From: Myxococcota bacterium
GTDB taxonomy: Bacteria; Myxococcota_A; UBA9160; UBA6930
DNA length: 64,000 nucleotides
Assembly (NCBI GenBank): GCA_965223415.1
Contig: OZ245002.1
Span: forward strand, 672,001 to 736,000
Direction of reading: 5' to 3'
Below are positions 1 to 8,686 of this stretch, one piece after another. Below the pieces are notes generated by a model that did not search any database, was not told the DNA's origin, and saw only the letters and a list, made by a program, of their open reading frames with translations. The position numbers and the translations under genes were made by a program. The first letter of the stretch is position 1. Every line of letters starts with the position of its first letter.

Positions 1-1561
1 CGGTGCGAATGAAGGTCTCCGAAGCCGGCCAGCTCTCCGTGTCGTAGAGCAGGCCCCGCTGCGGGAGGGCGACGAAGCCGTTGACGGCACTCAGGGCGCC
101 CGGGGTCCCGAGGAGACCCTTCCACCACCACTTCGTCCAGGGCCGCACGTGGCGACCGGGCCCGTTCACGATCATCGAGGCCGCCACGATGGAAGGCTCG
201 TCCGGCGCCGCCGACGGCGCGGCGACAGCGGCTGCCGCGAGCCCGGGGTTCACGCCGGTCACCCACTGCAGCCCGGCGGAGGCCAGGCCCTCCATCTCCC
301 GTTCGCCGGTGATCTCGTCCAGCAGCAGGGCATCCAGGGAGGTCGTCAGGAAGTGGGCGTTCGCGAAGAAGGCGTGCTCCACCCGAGAGACCGGGGGCCC
401 GCTCGCATCCGCCCACTCTGCTTCCCCGAGCGGCGGAACCACGCCGTAGGCGTTCCGGGAGGCCACTTCCCGGAGTGCTCGGCTCCAGGCGCGCGCGCGG
501 GCCTGCCAGCGCTCGCGCCGCTTCGCATCGACGCGGGGAGCCAGGAGCGCCAGGCCTTCAAACCAGGGGACGCCGCGCAGGGGATGGCGGAAGCGCGTCT
601 GCGGGTCGAAGCTGGCGACCAGCATCTCGGCGTGGCGCACGGCCGCCTCCAGGTCGTCGGGCCTCCCGCTGGAGGCGTACAGCCGCGCCCAGGCCGCCGC
701 GCCCAGCTCGGGGTACACCTCGCCGCTGCTCTCGAGGAAGCGCAGGGAGGTGCGCGCCCGGCGCTCGATCTCGGCGCTGCGCGCCGGGTCTGCGGCGGAG
801 CCGAGGGCCAGGTACTGCACGAGCCCGTAGACCCCCTCCTGGGTGTTGAAGGCGCCGGGGTTCCCGCCCGGCCGGGAGGCGTGCTGGTTGGCGATCTCGC
901 CGGTCGCCCCGTCGTGCAGGGCGAGGACGTAGTCGATGGCGCGGTGGATCTCGTCGTGCAGCCGGATGCGCTCGGGCGAAGCGAGCCCCTCGCCGCGTCG
1001 CCGCTCGAGCTCGACGAGGCCCGCGGCGAACATCGCGTGGGAGTAGGCCTCGCCCATCTGCGAGTTGCAGTCGAAGTAGCCGGCCCCCATCGCCTCCGGC
1101 GCGTGGCGCAGCTCCGCGTTGTGCAGGGACAGGCCAAGCGCCATGCGGCGAGTGAAGAGCGCCCGCTCCACCGGAAAGGGCAGACTGGTCAGCTCGACCG
1201 CCTTCGGTGGATTCCCTCCCGCGACCAGCCTCACCCGCAGGCGGAGGCCAGCCCCCTTGCCGACGCCGGAGAAATCGACCTCCCAGAGCGGGGAGCCGAA
1301 CGCCTCCCCTCGCGCCCGCAACTTTCCGGCGTCCAACACGTTCCCGTATGCGTCGAGGACGCTCCACTCCGAGCGGGTCGGCTCGGGGACGGCGTCGCCC
1401 AGGGCCCGCACGAGCGCGCGCTTCGTGCCTCCCGCCTCGTAGCCGACGGTGCTGTACAGGAGCGCGAAGGACGGATCCGCCGCATCCCGTGGTGCCGTGC
1501 AGCCGGCCGCCACGCAGAGCGCTACGGCCGTGGCGAAGAGCGCCACCTCGCCCTTCGCCAC
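1..1561 (-). CDS. GH9-like secreted lipoprotein (Ig-like N-domain plus helical barrel), 3' end runs off window
   Basis: Not in the ORF track because it has no stop in the window. Read by hand from GTG at 1561 (TAGTG overlap with the dipeptidase stop): MAKGEVALFATAVALCVAAGC...LYSTVGYEAGGTKRA...WEVDFS...SLPFPV...GAGYFDCNS...LQWVTGVNP...SWPASETFI. Confidence 0.6.
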   Translation of the reverse strand, partial: MAKGEVALFATAVALCVAAGCTAPRDAADPSFALLYSTVGYEAGGTKRALVRALGDAVPEPTRSEWSVLDAYGNVLDAGKLRARGEAFGSPLWEVDFSGVGKGAGLRLRVRLVAGGNPPKAVELTSLPFPVERALFTRRMALGLSLHNAELRHAPEAMGAGYFDCNSQMGEAYSHAMFAAGLVELERRRGEGLASPERIRLHDEIHRAIDYVLALHDGATGEIANQHASRPGGNPGAFNTQEGVYGLVQYLALGSAADPARSAEIERRARTSLRFLESSGEVYPELGAAAWARLYASSGRPDDLEAAVRHAEMLVASFDPQTRFRHPLRGVPWFEGLALLAPRVDAKRRERWQARARAWSRALREVASRNAYGVVPPLGEAEWADASGPPVSRVEHAFFANAHFLTTSLDALLLDEITGEREMEGLASAGLQWVTGVNPGLAAAAVAAPSAAPDEPSIVAASMIVNGPGRHVRPWTKWWWKGLLGTPGALSAVNGFVALPQRGLLYDTESWPASETFIRT

Positions 1562-2754
1562 TAGGGCGCCGCCGCCTCCGCCTCGACCGCGGCCATCACC
1601 CGCAGCAGGTTCTCCCCCAGCACCTTGCGCACCGTCTCGGGTGTGTGGCCGCGCTCGAGCAGCCCTCGCGTCAGGTTCGGGAGCTGGCTCACGTCGCCCA
1701 TGTCGTGGGGCATGCTGGCGACGCCGTCCCAGTCGGCGCCGAGGCCGACGTGATCGGGGCCGGCGATGCGGATGGCGTGGTCGAAGTGGTCGAGGAGCAC
1801 GGCGAGGCTCGTGCGGGGGATCTCCTCTCTCGCCATGCGCGCGCGGAAGGCCCGCCGCCCGGCCTGGGGGTCGGCGGCGTACTGCTCGCGAAGAGCCATC
1901 AGCTCCGGACCGATGCGGGTGAAGAGCGAGCGGATCGGCTCGACCAGCGAGGTGTCGATGTAGCCGGAGTAGAAGTTGATCATCGCGACGCCTCCGTTCG
2001 CGGCCAGGGCGCGGAGCATGTCGTCGTCGAGATTGCGGGGATGGTCGGCCACGGCCCGCGCCGAGGAGTGGGAGGCGATCACCGGCGCCTTCGTCACGCG
2101 CAGGACGTCGCGGAAGGTCTCGTCGGAGACGTGGCTCACGTCGACCATCATGCCGAGGCGGTTCATCTCCGCGACGATCTCCTCGCCGAAGGGGGTGAGG
2201 CCGCCGTGCACGGGCTCGGGCACCTCGTTGGTGCCGGAAGAGTCGGCCCAGCTCGTGTGGAACGAGTGAGTGAGCGTCATGTAGCGGACGCCCAGGCGGT
2301 GGAAGGTGCGAAGGGCGGGGAGGCTGTCCTCGATGATGTGGCCTCCCTCGACGCCCATCAGGCAGGCGAGCTTCCCCTGGCCGACGATGCGGCGCACCTC
2401 GGTCACCGTGGTGGCGAGCGCCAGATCGTCCGGGTGCGCCGCCACGAGCTGGTGCACCGCGTCGATGCGCTCCACCGCCTCGCGGATCGCGGCGCCCTTG
2501 CCTTCCGTCTTGCCCAGGTAGATCGACCAGAACTGCACGTCGAGGCCGCCCTCGCGCATGCGCGGCAGATCCTGGTGGCCCTCGTCGTGCCGCTCGTCGA
2601 AGCGCCAGGTGGCGTCCTGGAACCAGGGCGTCGTGTCCGAATGCGTGTCGACGACGATGGACCCGAAGTGGAGCTCGAGGGCGGGATCGGCCTGCGGCGT
2701 CGGTGCTGCACAGGCGAGGGCGAAGAGGGGAAACGCGAAGAGGAGACGGCCCAT
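1561..2754 (-). CDS. Membrane dipeptidase (peptidase M19), lipoprotein
   Basis: DTHSD, GVEGGH, MTLTHS, DVSHVSD, ASHS, HVGLGADWDG motifs; LALAC lipobox; start reassigned to ATG 2754. Confidence 0.9.
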   Translation of the reverse strand: MGRLLFAFPLFALACAAPTPQADPALELHFGSIVVDTHSDTTPWFQDATWRFDERHDEGHQDLPRMREGGLDVQFWSIYLGKTEGKGAAIREAVERIDAVHQLVAAHPDDLALATTVTEVRRIVGQGKLACLMGVEGGHIIEDSLPALRTFHRLGVRYMTLTHSFHTSWADSSGTNEVPEPVHGGLTPFGEEIVAEMNRLGMMVDVSHVSDETFRDVLRVTKAPVIASHSSARAVADHPRNLDDDMLRALAANGGVAMINFYSGYIDTSLVEPIRSLFTRIGPELMALREQYAADPQAGRRAFRARMAREEIPRTSLAVLLDHFDHAIRIAGPDHVGLGADWDGVASMPHDMGDVSQLPNLTRGLLERGHTPETVRKVLGENLLRVMAAVEAEAAAP

Positions 2755-2765
2755 GGCCGTCCACT

Positions 2766-3341
2766 CTATCGCAGTCGTTCCCGCCACACGTGCCAGAGGG
2801 ACTTCACGTCCTGCTCCGGCGCGGCGAGCACGGCCGTGATGGCGATCTCCTCGAGCAGCGCCAGCACCGCGATCGCCGCCGCGACCCGGAAGGGCCAGAA
2901 GGGACCGCCGGCCCAGACGAGGAGCAGCGCCAGGCCCATCAGGTTCGCCGAAAGCTTCGCGCCCCAGGTGTGGTAGCTGGTCAGCGCACGGAACTTGAGC
3001 CAGCCCGCCGCGATCGGCAGGACGAAAGCGATCGCCAGCAGCAGCACCCAGGAGAGCTCCCCCAGCACGAAGTCCGGACGCAGCCACCAGGTGCAGAGCG
3101 GCAGCGACAGCCACAGGGCCAGATCCGCGCGACTGTCGAGGACGCAGCCGGCGGCGCTCTCCTCGTGGGTGGCGCGAGCGATCCAGCCGTCGAGCACGTC
3201 GCTGGCGAGGGCGACGGTGACGAGGGCCAGGAAGAGCGGCGCCTCGCCGAGCCAGGCGACCCACAAGAGTGTCGGCACGAGGGCCAGGCGCAGGGCCGAG
3301 AGGGCGTTGGGGAGGTTCCAGCGGAAGTCGGTGCGCGTCAT
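2766..3341 (-). CDS. CDP-alcohol phosphatidyltransferase family protein
   Basis: NLPNALSALR; SDVLDGWIAR...G..LDSRAD signature; several TM helices. Confidence 0.85.
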   Translation of the reverse strand: MTRTDFRWNLPNALSALRLALVPTLLWVAWLGEAPLFLALVTVALASDVLDGWIARATHEESAAGCVLDSRADLALWLSLPLCTWWLRPDFVLGELSWVLLLAIAFVLPIAAGWLKFRALTSYHTWGAKLSANLMGLALLLVWAGGPFWPFRVAAAIAVLALLEEIAITAVLAAPEQDVKSLWHVWRERLR

Positions 3342-3466
3342 GCCCGGAAGGAGAGCAAGCGCCGTGCCGCGGGGACGGCTGGACACGACCCGAGCGATTC
3401 CGGCCGGTTACGGCCCGACGGGACCCGCGGGGAGGGGCACCGGATGCACAGGGGCGGCGCGGGGGG

Positions 3467-4288
3467 TCAGTCGTCGCTGCGGTAGCGCTCCTCTGCCGCG
3501 ACGTAGTCCGAGAAGCCCACCAGCTCCCGCAGGGCAGCGAAGGAGAGCCGGGCGCCGTCGGACGGATGTCCCCCGGCGGCCATCGCGGCGAGGGCGTCGC
3601 CGATCGCCTTCGACGCCACCTCGAGGAGGGTCAATGGATAGGCCGCGATCTTGAAGCCCAGGGCATCGAGCTCCGCGTGGGAGAGGAGCGGGGTGTCGCC
3701 GTCCTCGACCTGGTTCGCCATGAGCGGGGTGCCCGCGAGTTCGCGGGCGATGCGTTCGAGCTCGGCGGCGCTGGTCGGCGCTTCGACGAAGAGCAGGTCG
3801 GCGCCCGCGTCGCGGAAGGCCTTCGCCCGGGCGAGCGCCTCGTCGAGACCGCGGGTGGCGCGGGCGTCGGTGCGCGCCATCAGCAGGAGGTCGAGGCCCC
3901 CCTCGTCGCGCGCGTCCACCGCGGCGTGGATGCGCGCGAGTGCCTCGCCGCGCTCGACCACCTCCTTGCCGCGGGTGTGGCCGCAGCGCTTCGGCGCCAG
4001 CTGGTCCTCGAGCATCGCGCAGGCGAAACCCGCCTGGGCGTAGCCGCGCACCGTGCGCTGCACGTTGAGGGGGTTGCCGTAGCCCGTGTCCGCGTCGCCG
4101 ATCACCGGGATGTCGACCGCCGCGCACAGGCCCTGGCCCTGGTCGAGCATCTCGGCGTAGGAGATGAGCTGGGTATCCGGGAGGCCGAGCCGGGCCGCCG
4201 AGACGGCGAAGCCGCTCATGAAGGTGAGCCCGAAGCCGGCGCGCTCGATGAGCCGCGCCGACCAGGCGTCCCAGCAGCAGGGCATCAC
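3467..4288 (-). CDS. Isocitrate lyase/PEP mutase family protein
   Basis: GLPDT, DADTGYGN, LEDQLAPKRCGH, ARTDA motifs; the true start may be about 20 codons upstream. Confidence 0.9.
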   Translation of the reverse strand: MMPCCWDAWSARLIERAGFGLTFMSGFAVSAARLGLPDTQLISYAEMLDQGQGLCAAVDIPVIGDADTGYGNPLNVQRTVRGYAQAGFACAMLEDQLAPKRCGHTRGKEVVERGEALARIHAAVDARDEGGLDLLLMARTDARATRGLDEALARAKAFRDAGADLLFVEAPTSAAELERIARELAGTPLMANQVEDGDTPLLSHAELDALGFKIAAYPLTLLEVASKAIGDALAAMAAGGHPSDGARLSFAALRELVGFSDYVAAEERYRSDD

Positions 4289-4349
4289 CCGCAGCCCGGG
4301 CTTCGCGAGCTGCTCGCGGAGACGCGCCGCGGGCGTTGCACCGGCGGAA

Positions 4350-5258
4350 TCAGGCGAAGGCAGCGAAGAGCTCCTCGAAGGCCTTCATCTGGTTGCCGAC
4401 GGCGGAAGACGGAACCAGGATCGGCGTGCTCACGCCGGCGTCGAACCACGCCTCCAGGCCTTCACGCACCTCCGCAACAGAGCCGAAGAGCGACACGTCG
4501 GAGAGCCAGCGCTCCGTCATCAGCTCCGGGAGGCGCTCGCGCTCGCCGGCCTCCAGCGCCTTCTCGACGGCTTCCATCTCCTCCACGTAGCCGGCTTCCT
4601 TCCAGTAGTTCCGGTAGTTGGGGAAGTTCAGATACATGGTCAGGGTCTTGCGGTTGACGGCGGCGGCGGCCTCGCGGTCGTCGGAGATGCAGGTGGGGAT
4701 CATGTCACCGACGAAGTAGCCCGGATCGTTGCGCCGGGCTTCCGGGAGCGCCTTCAGGCTCTCGGGCACGTGGCTGCGGGCGACGTTGGCGAAGACGACG
4801 CCATCGCCGATCTCGCCGGCCAGGGCCACCATCTTCTTGCGCAGCGCAGCGAGGACGATGGGCGGCAGCTCGCCGGCTCGGGGGGTCGCCCGGAGGCCTT
4901 CGACGAAGGCGCGGGTATCGGCCAGGGGCTTGCCGGTGGCGACGCCCAGCCGGCGGTTCATGGCGTCGTGGCTCACGCCCACGCCGAAGGCGAAGCGCCC
5001 CCCGGACAACTCGTGGATCAGGCTCGCGGTGAGCGCGTAGTCGCTCACGTGGCGCGTGTACATGTTCACGATCGCCGTCCCGATCGGGATGCGTTCGGTC
5101 GTGAGCGCCAGCGCCTCGCTCAGGCCGAGGCCGTCGCCGAAGCTGGCACAGTAGATGCCGGCGAAGCCGCGGCGTTCGATCTCGCGGGCCAGCTCGAGGG
5201 TCTTCTTGCGTCGGCCGGGAACGGCGGCCAGGGCCAGGGCGGGGAGTTGGTGGGGCAT
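4350..5258 (-). CDS. LLM class flavin/F420-dependent oxidoreductase
   Basis: TERIPIGTAI, SGGRFAFGVG, LAGEIGDG luciferase-like motifs. Confidence 0.85.
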   Translation of the reverse strand: MPHQLPALALAAVPGRRKKTLELAREIERRGFAGIYCASFGDGLGLSEALALTTERIPIGTAIVNMYTRHVSDYALTASLIHELSGGRFAFGVGVSHDAMNRRLGVATGKPLADTRAFVEGLRATPRAGELPPIVLAALRKKMVALAGEIGDGVVFANVARSHVPESLKALPEARRNDPGYFVGDMIPTCISDDREAAAAVNRKTLTMYLNFPNYRNYWKEAGYVEEMEAVEKALEAGERERLPELMTERWLSDVSLFGSVAEVREGLEAWFDAGVSTPILVPSSAVGNQMKAFEELFAAFA

Positions 5259-5300
5259 CGGCCCAGGGTAGCCCACCCACGGGCGCCTCTCGCTTCGGCC

Positions 5301-5906
5301 CTAGACCTCCGCCGCGTACGGCGGCGCGGGATCGTACTGGATGCCGCGCTGCACGCGGCGAGCGACGTCCGGAGTGTGGATCTGCCCGACGAGCCAGAGC
5401 GCCATGTCGATTCCGGCGGAGACGCCGGCGGAGGTGACGAGGTTGCCATCGCGAACGAAGCGGGGACCGTCGAGCACCGTCACGTCGCCGCGGGCGCGAA
5501 GGTCGTCGACGAAGCCGAAGAAGGTGGTGACCCGCTTGCCGCGGGCGAGGCCGGCCTCGTGGAGGAGAAGTGCGCCGGTGCACACGCTCGTGATCCACTC
5601 GCACCCGGCACCGACCTTGCGGATCCAGTCGATGAGCGCCGGGTTCGCGACCTCGCGCCGCGTGCCCTGCCCGCCCGGAACCAGCAGGACGTCGAGCTCC
5701 GGCGCGTCGGCGAAGGTGTGGTCCGGAAGCACGCGAAGGCCGCAGGCACCCCGCACCGGCCCTTCCTTCTCCGCGATGGTCACGACCCTTCCGCACCCGC
5801 ACGCCTTGGCGAGGGAGCCGAACACCTCGTAGGGCCCCGCGAAGTCGAGCTCCTCCACGTCGTCGAAGAGCAGGATCCCGATCGTGACCGCGCGCAGCTC
5901 GTCCAT
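5301..5906 (-). CDS. DJ-1/PfpI family protein
   Basis: EELDFAGPYEVF, VPGGQG, SVCTGA, TSAGVSAGID. Confidence 0.9.
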   Translation of the reverse strand: MDELRAVTIGILLFDDVEELDFAGPYEVFGSLAKACGCGRVVTIAEKEGPVRGACGLRVLPDHTFADAPELDVLLVPGGQGTRREVANPALIDWIRKVGAGCEWITSVCTGALLLHEAGLARGKRVTTFFGFVDDLRARGDVTVLDGPRFVRDGNLVTSAGVSAGIDMALWLVGQIHTPDVARRVQRGIQYDPAPPYAAEV

Positions 5907-5939
5907 GGAAACTCCGGGTGCTGGCCCGAGCCGGCCCGA

Positions 5940-5955
5940 TTTGTAACAGTACAAA
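5940..5955. promoter_or_regulatory. Palindromic operator TTTGTA-ACAG-TACAAA, probable MocR-family site
   Basis: AT-rich inverted repeat between the divergent DJ-1/PfpI and MocR genes. Confidence 0.55.
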
Positions 5956-5958
5956 GCG

Positions 5959-7302
5959 GTGTCGAGGGCGTTACAGAAGTCTATCGGACCGATCCGGGGC
6001 GAGCAGGCGGCGGAGATCGCAGCCAGCGTCGAGGCTGCGGTGCGGGACGGGGAGCTCTCCGCCGGCGAGGCGCTGCCCACCGTGCGCGCCCTGGCGAAGG
6101 CCCTCGGCGTGAGCCCGACGACTGTCGCTGCGGCCTACCGGGAGCTCGGGCGCCGCGGACTGCTCGTCACCGAGGGACGCCGCGGAACGCGGGTGAGCCC
6201 GGCGCCGCCGGTCTCCGCCGTCTCCGCGGCTCCGCTGCCCGCCGGCACCCGGGACCTGGCGAGCGGCAACCCGGACCCGGCGCTCCTGCCTCGGCTCGCC
6301 CCCTTCCTGGGACGCCTGGCGAGGCTCGACCCGGAGCCCCACCTCTACGCGGAGCAGGTCCACCTGGCGGCGCTCACCGATCTGGCCGGGGACCGCCTGC
6401 GCGCCGACGGCGTTCCCTTCCCCGGGCTGTCGGTGGTGAGCGGCGCCCTCGACGGCATCGAGCGGGTGCTCCTCGCCCACCTTCGGCCGGGCGACCGGGT
6501 TGCGGTCGAGGACCCGGGCTTCGGCGGCGTCTACCATCTGCTGCGCGCCATGGGCCACCCGCCGGTGCCGCTCGCCCTGGACGACCGCGGTCCGGTCCCC
6601 GAATCCCTCGAGCGCGCCCTCGGCCGCGGTGCCCGCGCCGTGATCGTGACGCCCCGCGCCCAGAACCCGACGGGCGCGGCCCTCGATGCCGGTCGCGCCG
6701 CGGAGCTCGTTGCGGTGCTCGCCGGCCGCCCCGAAGTGCTGATCGTCGAGGACGACCACGGCGCCGAGGCCTCCGGTGCCGCCGCCGTCACCCTGTGCTC
6801 GGAGGACACGCCGCGCTTCGCCGTCGTGCGCTCGGTCTCGAAGACCCTGGGGCCGGACCTTCGCCTCGCGGTGCTGGCGGGGGACCCGGAGACGATCGCC
6901 CGGGTCGAAGGCCGCCAGCTCCTGGGCACACGCTGGGTGAGCCACCTGCTCCAGCACCTCGTCGTCCTGCTGTGGAAGGACCGGGGGGTCACGCGGCGGG
7001 TCGCCCGGGCCGGGCGCACCTACGGGGCGCGCCGCGACGCCCTCCTGGATGCCCTCGCGGAGCTCGGGATCCGGGCCCACGGCCGGTCGGGCCTGAACGT
7101 CTGGGTGCCGGTCCCGGAGGAGACCGCCGCCGTGCAGCACCTGCTCGCCGCGGGCTACGCCGTGCGCGCCGGCGAGACCCACCGGCTGGCCTCGCCGCCG
7201 GCGCTCCGGATCACCACCGCGGCCCTTCCCGAGGAGGAGGCCCCGGCCGTCGCCGCGGCCTTGGCGGCGGCCCGCGGCGCGATGCGTACCTCTGTGGCCT
7301 GA
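5959..7302 (+). CDS. GntR/MocR family regulator (wHTH plus PLP aminotransferase domain)
   Basis: LPTVRALAKALGVSPTTVAAAY HTH; GNPD, AQNPTG, EDDH, SVSKTLGPDLR. Confidence 0.9.
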   Translation: MSRALQKSIGPIRGEQAAEIAASVEAAVRDGELSAGEALPTVRALAKALGVSPTTVAAAYRELGRRGLLVTEGRRGTRVSPAPPVSAVSAAPLPAGTRDLASGNPDPALLPRLAPFLGRLARLDPEPHLYAEQVHLAALTDLAGDRLRADGVPFPGLSVVSGALDGIERVLLAHLRPGDRVAVEDPGFGGVYHLLRAMGHPPVPLALDDRGPVPESLERALGRGARAVIVTPRAQNPTGAALDAGRAAELVAVLAGRPEVLIVEDDHGAEASGAAAVTLCSEDTPRFAVVRSVSKTLGPDLRLAVLAGDPETIARVEGRQLLGTRWVSHLLQHLVVLLWKDRGVTRRVARAGRTYGARRDALLDALAELGIRAHGRSGLNVWVPVPEETAAVQHLLAAGYAVRAGETHRLASPPALRITTAALPEEEAPAVAAALAAARGAMRTSVA

Positions 7303-7315
7303 CCCGATTTCCCCG

Positions 7316-7345
7316 TTGACGAGCTTAACGGTCGGTAAGTAAGGT
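7316..7345 (+). promoter_or_regulatory. Putative sigma-70 promoter of the lipase with overlapping palindrome
   Basis: TTGACG(7316)-N18-TAAGGT(7340); imperfect palindrome CTTAACGGTCGGTAAG at 7324-7339 in the spacer. Confidence 0.4.
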
Positions 7346-7376
7346 AGAGCGGCCACCGCCGTTGGGAGGGAAGCCC

Positions 7377-8303
7377 GTGACCATCGCCCGCTGCCTGTTC
7401 GTCCTGCTGCTCGTCCCCCTGCTCCTGGCCGGGAACTGCAACAACAACGGGCCTACCCCGCCCCAGTACCCCTTCGTCCTGGCCCACGGCGCGATGGGCG
7501 CCGAGACCTACGTCGAGCTCCTCGACTACTGGAACGGGATCGTCGACGAGATGGAGGACGAGGGCGCCCAGGTCTTCGTCAGCCAGGTGAGCGCCATCCA
7601 CGACAGCTACGTGCGCGGTGCCCAGCTCCAGGCCCAGGTGGAGAGCATCGTCGCCACCACCGGGGCGGCGAAGGTGCACCTGATCGGCCACAGCCAGGGC
7701 GGCCTCGACGCCCGCTACGTGGCGGGTATGCGGCCGGACCTGGTCGCTTCGGTCACGACGGTGGGGTCGCCGCATCAGGGTGCCTCGGTGGCGCAGTTCA
7801 TCGCCGACGGCATCAACCAGGACGGCTCGTTCACCGGGGCGCTGGTCGGCTTCTTCGGCGCTCTGCTGGTGCCGGTGGTCGAGCTGCTCGGGGGCACCGC
7901 CGACCCCCTCGACGCGAAGGCCGCCCTCTCCTTCCTCGCCCCGTCGGGCATGGCCGCCTTCAACGCGACCTTCCCGGACGGCGTGCCGAGCGGCTGCCAC
8001 CCGGGAGCGCCGGTGGTGAGCGGCGTCCGCTACTACTCGTGGACCGGCAAGGTCACCACGACGAACGTCCTCGACCTCACCGATCCCCTGATGGGCGCCG
8101 CGGGGCTCTTCTACCTGCTCCAGCCGAACGACGGACTGGTGACCGTGTGCAGCGCCCAGTTCGGCGACGTGCTGGACGACGACCTGCTCATGAACCACCT
8201 CGACGAAGTGAACCAGATCCTGGGCCTGACGTCGCTCTTCGAGGTGGATCCGCGCACGCTCTACCGCGATCACGTGCGGCGGCTCGCGGACCTCGGCCTC
8301 TAG
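7377..8303 (+). CDS. Triacylglycerol lipase, family I (Pseudomonas/Burkholderia type)
   Basis: YPFVLAHG oxyanion motif, GHSQGG nucleophile, NDGLV, MNHLDEVNQ; signal peptide; GGAGG RBS before GTG. Confidence 0.9.
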   Translation: MTIARCLFVLLLVPLLLAGNCNNNGPTPPQYPFVLAHGAMGAETYVELLDYWNGIVDEMEDEGAQVFVSQVSAIHDSYVRGAQLQAQVESIVATTGAAKVHLIGHSQGGLDARYVAGMRPDLVASVTTVGSPHQGASVAQFIADGINQDGSFTGALVGFFGALLVPVVELLGGTADPLDAKAALSFLAPSGMAAFNATFPDGVPSGCHPGAPVVSGVRYYSWTGKVTTTNVLDLTDPLMGAAGLFYLLQPNDGLVTVCSAQFGDVLDDDLLMNHLDEVNQILGLTSLFEVDPRTLYRDHVRRLADLGL

Positions 8304-8656
8304 GAGCGGAGACCGGAGAGGACGGCCGCGGCGCTTTCGCTCTCGGGAGTGGGGCGAGCTTCGCAGCTGCGGCGGCGGGTGCGGCAGGCGACGAGCTCGA
8401 AGCAATCGCTCTGACAGGAGCGGCGCTTGCGGCCGCAAAGGTCCCAGCACATCGCCCGGTGACAGCGGGCACGGCAGGCCGTGCCGTAGCTACGATCGCA
8501 GCGGTCGAAGCAGCGATTGCACTGGACGGCGGGTGAGTCCTCGGTGGCCAGACGGAGGAAGGCGCGGCCCTCGGGCCCGAGGGTCGAGACGGGAGGCTCC
8601 GCCGAGGCGGACCCGGCGGCGAGGAGGATCGCAAGGATGAGGAGGGCCAGGCGCAC
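8300..8656 (-). CDS. Small secreted Cys-rich protein (11 Cys)
   Basis: GTG start, signal peptide MRLALLILAILLAAGSASA, periodic CxxxC pairs; fills the gap between lipase and foldase. Confidence 0.55.
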   Translation of the reverse strand: MRLALLILAILLAAGSASAEPPVSTLGPEGRAFLRLATEDSPAVQCNRCFDRCDRSYGTACRARCHRAMCWDLCGRKRRSCQSDCFELVACRTRRRSCEARPTPESESAAAVLSGLRS

Positions 8657-8686
8657 GCCCTCGAATCGGACCGCGGAGAACGGGCC

